A stretch of DNA of 14,743 nt, taken from the IMG/VR virus record IMGVR_UViG_2974607751_000001, positions 99,533-114,275 of that record. One strand, written 5' to 3'. The notes below the pieces were generated by a model that did no database searches, was not told the DNA's origin, and was given only the letters and a program-made list of their open reading frames with translations. How positions within the stretch are numbered: the stretch's first letter is position 1; the number at the start of each line of letters is the position of its first letter. A program made the translations under genes and the position numbers. Source of the stretch: a virus (lineage: Duplodnaviria; Heunggongvirae; Uroviricota; Caudoviricetes; Demerecviridae). Positions 1-6,260 of the stretch are shown piece by piece.

Positions 1-2
1 CT

Positions 3-242
3 TCTACTTCGCAAACAGAATCTCCTTATCTGAAGTTTGAGAAACAAGTTGGATGGGTTCTAGAAATGGGTATAGCTTCACCGCTTGCTGCAGCATTCAT
101 CAATAGATATCTAGAAATTCCTGACGAGTTCCACACACGTTATAGTACGAATATTCAGATCACAGATGAATTAATAGCTATTGCAAAAGATACACCTACT
201 AACACTGAGGCGTATCAAAAAGCATACCAAGAGTTACTGTAA
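3..242 (+). CDS. 3' end of a hypothetical early protein (first SST gene next to iss); 5' end outside window
   Basis: Open frame from position 3 (STSQTESPYLKFEKQVGWVLEMG...AYQKAYQELL) to TAA at 240-242; not in the ORF track because its start lies upstream. Confidence 0.75.
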   Translation, partial: STSQTESPYLKFEKQVGWVLEMGIASPLAAAFINRYLEIPDEFHTRYSTNIQITDELIAIAKDTPTNTEAYQKAYQELL

Positions 243-298
243 GATCCTGCATGTCTCGGTGCACAATACCTGTACCGAGACTCAAATACAAACTCTCG

Positions 299-327
299 TT
301 GACAGATACTTAAATGTATGTTATCAT
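299..327 (+). promoter_or_regulatory. Strong sigma70 promoter
   Basis: TTGACA (299-304), 17 bp spacer, TG at 319-320, TATCAT (322-327). Confidence 0.75.
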
Positions 328-333
328 AACTCT

Positions 334-462
334 ATGAGTTAATAGAATTAACCATTTAGAGTTGCCACACAGAAGGTGTGGTGGTTCAGGAATCTTAAAT
401 TACTGACTTGTAGCGTAGGTTACGGAGCGACAGGACAAGTCAACAGGTAATTTAATAAAGAT
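334..462 (+). ncRNA. Putative structured non-coding RNA
   Basis: Lies downstream of the 299-327 promoter with no RBS-supported ORF. Hairpins: gttaat/attaac, ccacac/gtgtgg, and a long stem aatctt-aaattac-tgacttgt ... acaagtca-gtaattt-aagatt (391-462). Confidence 0.35.
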
Positions 463-630
463 TACTAGAAACATCATGAGACCTTCTGGCGGGGGCAAAG
501 CTCTATATGAGAACCCTGGGGGATCTTATATTTAAAATAAAAGTAAAACTTTTGTACACATAATTTACATTCAAGATGATACACTCGGTTGCCGCTCATC
601 TGCTAGGATGGCACAACACTCTCTAGTAGA

Positions 631-1380
631 CTCCTAAGTTTCTAGGAAAACTCTCGTCAACTCAGGCGGTTTTCGTGTTCCTAGAAACTCTAGCAATAGG
701 CGGTTTAATACAGGGCGGTTATAGGGAGGGCGGTTATTTCTAGGAGACATTTTTCCAAAACACATTTCTGGAAATTACTATCGGATTTGCACACTGTGTT
801 TATAGAAATTTATGGTCGGATTTGCACAATTGCCTAAGTTTTCATGAACACATACTCTCCTGAAAAATAGCAGCATTATTTCGGGCCGAAGGCCCATGAT
901 TGCCTGAGTTTTTAGGGCCACAGGAATTTTCACTTGTCAAGCTATTTTGCTCCATTTTGCTAATAAAATTTCGCTTAATCTCCCCTTATCTCAATTCTAG
1001 CCAAAACATCCCCCATTATCCCCAAAAACGCAGCAAACCGGTGCTGAAGCACCACCACCGCTGCTCCTTCCGTAGTTCCTCCCAAAATCTCATCGGATTC
1101 GCACTTCCCCCCAAACTCACACAATCACACACCCTCTCACCGAAGTCACAAAAATCTTGTCGGATTCGCACTACTCATTCCTAGAAATTTCGTGTCGTAT
1201 TTGCACATATACGGCTGGATTTGTGCGCAGCACGAGTCTGCCCGAGTTTTTAGGAAAATTCATTGTCGGATTCGCACACTATAAAAATATTTCCCATCGG
1301 ATTTGCACACTACCAAAAATTGTCGGATTCGCACATACACGCCAGCACGTAATCCATGGAGGCAAATGTCGGATTTGCAC
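631..1380. repeat. Injection-stop-signal (iss)-like repeat region
   Basis: Non-coding, with interleaved direct repeats, located at the distal end of the pre-early DNA as in T5. Includes TCGGATTYGCAC x9, RGGCGGTT x4 (665, 699, 714, 729) and CCYRAGTTTYTAGG-like copies near 631, 831, 901 and 1239. Confidence 0.75.
781..1380 (+). repeat. 12-bp direct repeat family TCGGATTYGCAC
   Basis: Exact copies start at 781, 816, 1093, 1160, 1266, 1297, 1323 and 1369; a one-mismatch copy starts at 1195. All are on the same strand. Confidence 0.9.
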
Positions 1381-1383
1381 AAA

Positions 1384-1391
1384 AGCGCAGG
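1384..1391 (+). other. T5-type single-strand nick consensus site (R/GCGCRGG)
   Basis: AGCGCAGG, about 9.7 kb from the inferred genome end. This resembles the T5 7.9%/99.6% nick, and the strand matches the nicked strand in T5. Confidence 0.65.
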
Positions 1392-1430
1392 GCAAATAGA
1401 AAATGCCCTGCCTGCCGAAATGCGGATGAT

Positions 1431-1560
1431 AATGAGATTGATTCGCATTTGAGAAGTTGAATGTGAATGATAATGATTCGCGTTTAGAAAGCGGAATGAG
1501 AATGGTTATCATTTGATTACCGGAATACGAATGAGTCGCATAATGAGAATGATTTGCATT
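1431..1560. promoter_or_regulatory. Four tandem Fur-box-like 19-mers
   Basis: AATGAGATTGATTCGCATT (1431), AATGATAATGATTCGCGTT (1466), AATGAGAATGGTTATCATT (1495), AATGAGAATGATTTGCATT (1542). All fit the 9-1-9 AATGA(T/G)AATnATT(A/C)TCATT pattern. Confidence 0.6.
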
Positions 1561-1593
1561 TAGAAAGTGAAGTGAGAAACACTGCTATTTAAG

Positions 1594-1675
1594 TTATCCA
1601 CAGGTTTATTAACAGCACGATTTGACTTGACAAAATCCTAGCGATTTTGAGGCGTTTTCAACAGACTTATTAACA
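1594..1675 (+). promoter_or_regulatory. DnaA-box cluster, copy A
   Basis: TTATCCACA (1594, perfect), TTATTAACA (1606), TTTTCAACA (1655), TTATTAACA (1667); two pairs, each 12 bp apart. Confidence 0.6.
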
Positions 1676-1683
1676 GGTTATTC

Positions 1684-1703
1684 TACTGTATATTTATACA
1701 GTA
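1684..1703. promoter_or_regulatory. LexA (SOS) box
   Basis: TACTGTATATTTATACAGTA: one mismatch from the consensus TACTGTATATATATACAGTA. Confidence 0.7.
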
Positions 1704-1814
1704 TTCCTGCGTAGTGAATAACTCTAATATAGCTCTAAAACGCTCTGTAACGCATTCTAACGCGTTTATTTTTGGAGGAGGTATTTTAATAAGGGTAAAT
1801 TTGAGGAAGGCCAG

Positions 1815-1842
1815 AAAAAGCGGGGCCGATAGTTGCGCCCCG
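1815..1842 (-). terminator. Rho-independent terminator ending the minus-strand pre-early operon
   Basis: Minus strand reads cggggc-gcaactatcg-gccccg-cttttt, immediately after the 1849 stop codon. Confidence 0.75.
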
Positions 1843-1848
1843 TTATTA

Positions 1849-2043
1849 TTAGTCTGGTAGTCGATGTGTGATCTTTTCGCTTTCGCCGTAGGAGTCTACC
1901 AAATGTTGATAGTATCCATCGTTATCATAGATCACTTTGTCATAATCGCCGCGCTCGACTAATTGCCGATTTTCTAGCGTATCAGGCACAAAGAAAGTAT
2001 CAACGGTAACAGTAGTTTTAGTTACAACAATTTTATCACTCAT
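1849..2043 (-). CDS. Pre-early hypothetical protein (64 aa)
   Basis: ATG start, last gene of a co-directional string, followed by a terminator. Confidence 0.8.
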   Translation of the reverse strand: MSDKIVVTKTTVTVDTFFVPDTLENRQLVERGDYDKVIYDNDGYYQHLVDSYGESEKITHRLPD

Positions 2044-2058
2044 AGTAACGCCCCGTTA

Positions 2059-2154
2059 TTAATAGATGTATTGTTGAAAATAGCGGCGGATATTGTCGCC
2101 ACCGTTGGGATCATTAGCAGGCTTAATATTACCAACGAAAATATATAGTCTCAT
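2059..2154 (-). CDS. Small hypothetical protein (31 aa, MRLYIFVGNIKPANDPNGGDNIRRYFQQYIY)
   Basis: GGAG 10 nt upstream; its ATG overlaps the upstream TGA (ATGA coupling). Below the ORF-track length cutoff. Confidence 0.55.
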   Translation of the reverse strand: MRLYIFVGNIKPANDPNGGDNIRRYFQQYIY

Positions 2155-2288
2155 AGTGCCATCGCTCCTAAAATGAGAATGATTATTATTACCATTACAA
2201 GCCCGTTACTAAATCGTAAACGCTGGGAATGTTTCCCAGCGGTATTATTAGATTTATGGCTTTGCGTTTTTCGCCACCAGCTATTCAT
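2151..2288 (-). CDS. Small C-terminally membrane-anchored protein (45 aa)
   Basis: MNSWWRKTQSHKSNNTAGKHSQRLRFSNGLVMVIIIILILGAMAL; ATGA overlaps with both neighbours; hydrophobic C-terminus. Confidence 0.6.
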   Translation of the reverse strand: MNSWWRKTQSHKSNNTAGKHSQRLRFSNGLVMVIIIILILGAMAL

Positions 2289-2629
2289 TGTGCAATTTTT
2301 CGAAACGCTGTTTCGATACTTTCAGCGGTTGATTGAATATATGCGCCTTTCATAATCAGGCGCTCTGTGCATACTTTGCGGAAAATGTCAATAAATTCAT
2401 TTTCATTTTCTGCTACTAATGGCTCACCCATAACCTGTACATCACATGCGCCAAAAGTAAGAAACTGGAAGGCAAGCTCGCGAGCAACAACGGCATTAAT
2501 TTTATAGTGTGCTTTGCCTTCATAGATATTAACCACACCTTTATAAACTGGTGAAAGCTGATTTAAATAGTTTGCTAATAATGCCGGACGGCAATTAGTA
2601 ACAAAACGATTGCCCTCATAAATTACCAT
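2285..2629 (-). CDS. Pre-early hypothetical protein (114 aa)
   Basis: GGGAG RBS upstream of ATG; co-directional with the operon. Confidence 0.85.
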   Translation of the reverse strand: MVIYEGNRFVTNCRPALLANYLNQLSPVYKGVVNIYEGKAHYKINAVVARELAFQFLTFGACDVQVMGEPLVAENENEFIDIFRKVCTERLIMKGAYIQSTAESIETAFRKIAQ

Positions 2630-2744
2630 TGTGACATCTCCCAGATAGTTGCGCCGATAAATATTAGCTGACTAATGATAATTAACACAAAACCGATTGA
2701 AGGCAGGACGCCCCAATATTGAAACGCCCTTTTAATTTGTTGAA

Positions 2745-2957
2745 TCATAATACCCCACGAAACGCAGCGTAAAAAGTGGCAAAGTGTTTAACCGTTTCGG
2801 CTACCAAATTTCCGCGCTTGTCAAATTTCTTTTCTGTAACACGGAAAGCGTTTTTGTTGCGTGCTACATATTCGATTTTACAATCGTGACGCTCAAACGT
2901 GTTAACATCCACCAGCTTAAAACCTTTAGAACGGGCAAGGGAAACATTCTTTAACAT
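2745..2957 (-). CDS. Pre-early hypothetical protein (70 aa, basic)
   Basis: AGGAG RBS, ATG start, operon context. Confidence 0.85.
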   Translation of the reverse strand: MLKNVSLARSKGFKLVDVNTFERHDCKIEYVARNKNAFRVTEKKFDKRGNLVAETVKHFATFYAAFRGVL

Positions 2958-3011
2958 TTGCTTAACTCCTAGTTAGGGAATGAGGGGGCGAAAGTAACGC
3001 CCCGTTATTAA

Positions 3012-3239
3012 TTACATTAAAACAATTTTAGCCGCTTGCTTTTTGGTGCAATGGTTAGCTTTCAATTCATCTAGCAAAAATCCGGCGGTTTGCTGGTCAA
3101 TCTTATCATTATCATAAAGCTCCTGAATAGTAACATAAGTTTTACCGATCCCAAATTCAGAAACCATAACGTTGACAATAGCGGGAACGGATACCCATTC
3201 CATACCGTTAAAAATTGCAGAAGATGATGAATGTACCAT
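3012..3239 (-). CDS. Pre-early hypothetical protein (75 aa)
   Basis: AGGAGG RBS, ATG start, operon context. Confidence 0.85.
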   Translation of the reverse strand: MVHSSSSAIFNGMEWVSVPAIVNVMVSEFGIGKTYVTIQELYDNDKIDQQTAGFLLDELKANHCTKKQAAKIVLM

Positions 3240-3304
3240 TTTAACGCCTCCTAGAAATCAGGGAAAATTTTCAATCCACCGTTTCGGTGTAAAGGCATTA
3301 TAAC

Positions 3305-3333
3305 AAAAAAGGCCGCCATAATAGGCGACCTTT
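3305..3333 (-). terminator. Rho-independent terminator abutting an extended -10 promoter (TGTTATAAT, 3297-3305)
   Basis: Minus strand reads aaaggtcgcc-tattat-ggcggcctttttt, immediately followed by gttataat. Confidence 0.65.
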
Positions 3334-3346
3334 ACAAAACTTTACA

Positions 3347-3892
3347 TTACGCTATTTCGATAACTTCAATACTATGTACTTCTCTTAAAGCCTGAATGAG
3401 AACGTTGTATTCTTCCCATTCTTTCCCCTCGGGAATATAAACAAGCTGTTTTAATCGGCTTGCATATATTAACGCCTTGTTATTATTTAATCCTACGCCA
3501 CCGTTTTCAATAATCCATTTCATAACGGTAATAATAGGATCGCCGCCGTTTACATAAGTACCGGACTTACTTAATTGATATTGAAACACCGTTCCGCAAA
3601 CGCTGCTATTTTCTTCATAACTACAGCTTACATTGCAATCCTCGCAATGTTCCTCATCCAGATGATCCCCGCATTCAGGGCAAACGTAATAGCCGTCACT
3701 GCCAAAACTGGAGGCGTTTTCCATTGCGCAATCGTGCGCAAATTGATCAATATCCGTATTGGCATAGATCAAATGCTCATCCGTCCAGCTTTCACCACAC
3801 GTGCCCGTTTCACATTTGACAATAGCGATAATTTCGGTTAGTGATCTTTCGCCGTCGATCATTAAACCATACTTGCAAGGTACTTTAGACAT
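3347..3892 (-). CDS. Pre-early hypothetical protein (181 aa) with a CxxC-x8-CxxC zinc-ribbon-like motif
   Basis: AGGAG RBS; contains CPECGDHLDEEHCEDC. Confidence 0.85.
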   Translation of the reverse strand: MSKVPCKYGLMIDGERSLTEIIAIVKCETGTCGESWTDEHLIYANTDIDQFAHDCAMENASSFGSDGYYVCPECGDHLDEEHCEDCNVSCSYEENSSVCGTVFQYQLSKSGTYVNGGDPIITVMKWIIENGGVGLNNNKALIYASRLKQLVYIPEGKEWEEYNVLIQALREVHSIEVIEIA

Positions 3893-3946
3893 TAATTAGT
3901 CTCCTAACTAAAAGGGAAAGCGGGGAATAATCCCCGCTAGTAATTA

Positions 3947-4303
3947 TTATTCTGTTTCGGCGCTTTGGGTAAAGGTAGAAATGTCAATACCTTTTACCAT
4001 TTCATCGATCATTTCAGCAATATTGAAACTCTGTACCATTTCCAACATTGCCGCTTCCATTGCCGCGCCTGCTACCGCTTTTGCTTTCGCATTAGTCGGG
4101 GCGTACTGGTCAACCGCTACACTCAGTAGGTTAGCGATCACTACACGACCAATCGGCGTATCAATATAACCTTTAATCATAAACGGCGCTTTTTTCGCCG
4201 CTACTTTTGTGATTTGAGTCAGTGCAATTTTACCCGCTTCCAGTTTAGCAGCGTTTACAACGGCGGATTTGTTAGCGGCAACAATAGAAGATACTTTAGA
4301 CAT
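3947..4303 (-). CDS. Probable nested in-frame 118-aa product (MSKVSSIVAANK...)
   Basis: Internal AAAGGA RBS before the ATG at 4303, and an internal TTGACA-18-TAAACT promoter with its -35 at 4381-4386. Confidence 0.5.
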   Translation of the reverse strand: MSKVSSIVAANKSAVVNAAKLEAGKIALTQITKVAAKKAPFMIKGYIDTPIGRVVIANLLSVAVDQYAPTNAKAKAVAGAAMEAAMLEMVQSFNIAEMIDEMVKGIDISTFTQSAETE

Positions 4304-4948
4304 AATGTTATTTCCTTTATTTTCAATAGTTTGCGCATTTGCGCTTGAAGTTTGAGAGTTTACAGCCTGTTTTGTTACATTGTCAAGCGGTTTTAATGTA
4401 AATCCAGCGTTTGCAACGTTCGATTCATTCCCATACGCTAAATAATCGTTAGGAATCAACATATTACCGCTAGCGCGTTCAAAACACAATACACCAGTTG
4501 TTGCGCATACTTCATCGTCTGCGCGTCGATAGCTAGAAGACAACTTACCCCAAATGCCAGATAGTAACTCTTCAATACTATCACTCTGGACACTAATTTT
4601 TAAAGCTGTTATCTGCTCTTTTTCTTGCACGTTATATAATCGCGCAATGTAACTATCATGATCGCCACTATAACCAACAATGATAAAATCTACATCGCTA
4701 CCACGTTGATTGCGGAAAATGTTATAATCACGGTTGTAAATTACTAGCGCCCTTGTAGCGTCGAGTAATTTCGTAAACTCATCAACTGAATAATGAGTAT
4801 CATTATTGTCTAAGATTTGATCATGAATCTTTTCAACCATACTAGCGGTATGTTGCAAACTTGCCGCACTATTACCATCTAGCAGATTGCGCAAACTACC
4901 TTTAATAATGGTTGCGTTTGCTGGTACTGCAATTCTAGTAAAAGACAT
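3947..4948 (-). CDS. Pre-early hypothetical protein (333 aa), first gene of the minus-strand operon
   Basis: Long ORF with GAGGGG RBS and an upstream promoter; Ala-rich helical C-terminal domain after a low-complexity linker. Confidence 0.9.
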   Translation of the reverse strand: MSFTRIAVPANATIIKGSLRNLLDGNSAASLQHTASMVEKIHDQILDNNDTHYSVDEFTKLLDATRALVIYNRDYNIFRNQRGSDVDFIIVGYSGDHDSYIARLYNVQEKEQITALKISVQSDSIEELLSGIWGKLSSSYRRADDEVCATTGVLCFERASGNMLIPNDYLAYGNESNVANAGFTLKPLDNVTKQAVNSQTSSANAQTIENKGNNIMSKVSSIVAANKSAVVNAAKLEAGKIALTQITKVAAKKAPFMIKGYIDTPIGRVVIANLLSVAVDQYAPTNAKAKAVAGAAMEAAMLEMVQSFNIAEMIDEMVKGIDISTFTQSAETE

Positions 4949-4981
4949 TTTGTTGTCCCCCCCTCGTTAATCGGTAGGTGA

Positions 4982-5011
4982 ATGATATAGATATTTGTTC
5001 GCTAGGGGCAA
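4982..5011 (-). promoter_or_regulatory. sigma70 promoter of the minus-strand pre-early operon
   Basis: TTGCCC-18-TATCAT with a T-rich UP-like tract upstream. Confidence 0.55.
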
Positions 5012-5197
5012 GAAAAAAGAAAAGGTTTTTTATTCCTTGCCTAACGCCTGTTTTTGTGCTAATCGCGCGTTTTCTATTTCTAGCTCTCTGTAAGCGTACA
5101 CAAGGCTTTATTATAATAAGGGTAGTAGTGAGAAAACCGCTTAGAATGCGTTTTAGGCCGCTTAAATTTGATTGCGGTTGTTACTGCTACCCTTTTA

Positions 5198-5217
5198 CCC
5201 TGTATATTTATACAGTA
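5198..5217. promoter_or_regulatory. LexA (SOS) box, copy B
   Basis: CCCTGTATATTTATACAGTA; the CTG-N10-CAG core is identical to that at 1686-1701. Confidence 0.7.
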
Positions 5218-5225
5218 GGATAACC

Positions 5226-5307
5226 TGTATATAAGTCTGTGGATAAGTCGCCAAATCGCCGCCTATTGCGTCAAGTTATTTTGTGCTGTGGATAACTTTG
5301 TGAATAA
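5226..5307 (-). promoter_or_regulatory. DnaA-box cluster, copy B
   Basis: On the minus strand: TTATTCACA (5299-5307), TTATCCACA (5287-5295), TTATCCACA (5238-5246), TTATATACA (5226-5234). Three match TTWTNCACA. Confidence 0.7.
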
Positions 5308-5873
5308 CCTAAACGATAGTGGTTCTCACTTAGCCGATAGTTTCTTATAGTTATTATTTTTCTTTAATTTATAAGTATATTATATAATATGAAATAGTTA
5401 GTTGGCTAATAGGTTTTTAGATTACTAATAGTCTGCTAACTGTTCCGGACGTTACAATCCACCAGCGTGATTATCATCCTAGCGATTGTTAGTCCGCTAA
5501 CCAATCAACGCACGTCTAAACTTATTTGTCAATGAAAAATAACAGCAGAAAATACTTTTTTGAAAAATCAAGTGGATAACTTATTAAATTTCATTTTTGC
5601 TTTTTGTATAAGTTATTAACAGGGTCTAAAACGCTCTGTAAGCGATTCTAAGCGCCTCAAAGGAAAAGATAGGCAATCATAAGGGGTACACCGAGAAAAC
5701 CTCACCACGAGGATTTTAGATTTTGTCAAGTAGGGCAAAGCAAATATAAATGAAAAAATTACTTGCTAAAATGGTTGTTTTAGTGTTATTCGCGCGCCCG
5801 TTTCATTAAATTTAGTGCGCCGCTGGACGTTTGCGGGTAGTGGTTTTCTTTACTTTTCTTTACAAAAATAAGG

Positions 5874-5902
5874 TTGCGCCGATTTGAGGAATAACCTATT
5901 AT
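5874..5902 (+). promoter_or_regulatory. Pre-early sigma70 promoter
   Basis: TTGCGC-17-TATTAT with an AT-rich upstream region. Confidence 0.7.
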
Positions 5903-5968
5903 TTATCTCGTAGGACGGCAAGACGGAAACGAAAGGCCAGACTACAACGGCGGGGAAGTTTACCGCTA

Positions 5969-5981
5969 TGCTCTTTAAAAA
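5969..5981 (+). promoter_or_regulatory. rrn-type boxA (NusB/NusE) element
   Basis: TGCTCTTTAAAAA in the leader downstream of the 5874 promoter. Confidence 0.7.
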
Positions 5982-6041
5982 CTAGGGAACATCTTAAAGC
6001 CTATCGGCGGTAAACTTAGATATTATAAGGAATCGACGATA

Positions 6042-6260
6042 ATGATCAAATCAAAAAACGCTTTAGTGATTAGTGCGAAACCTGCTAGCGCATTAGATAG
6101 CAGAACAAAAAATTTGTTGACAGTAGCGCAACGATCTGTAAAATACAGATTCAAGCAATACAAGAAAGGCAAGCAGCAAGGTCTGGAAATGGTGTGGCGT
6201 AATATAATGATTGATTTATATAACTCACATCAAATCGAAAAAAGTTTAAAAAACGCTTGA
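6042..6260 (+). CDS. Pre-early hypothetical protein (72 aa, basic)
   Basis: AAGGA RBS, ATG start, first gene after the promoter. Confidence 0.8.
   Translation: MIKSKNALVISAKPASALDSRTKNLLTVAQRSVKYRFKQYKKGKQQGLEMVWRNIMIDLYNSHQIEKSLKNA

Noticed and set aside
404-442. Resemblance of the hairpin loop to SRP RNA domain IV
   Set aside because: There is no GNRA tetraloop or correct symmetric loop; the similarity is superficial.
781-1380. CRISPR-like array formed by the 12-bp repeats
   Set aside because: Repeats are too short, spacing is irregular (26-277 bp), and the intervening DNA itself contains repeats; no cas genes are present.
900-1512. Track ORFs 900-1184, 1157-1399, 1260-1448 and 1279-1512
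   Set aside because: They are translations of repeat DNA, lack an RBS and overlap each other on both strands.
2172-2190. Fur-like 19-mer AATGAGAATGATTATTATT
   Set aside because: It lies inside the Ile/Leu-rich codons of the 45-aa ORF, which can generate the pattern; no convincing promoter overlaps it. Downgraded, not excluded.
1571-5330. Transposon or IS interpretation of the inverted cassette pair
   Set aside because: No transposase or recombinase is recognisable between the repeats, no target duplication was seen, and the arms are only about 72% identical.
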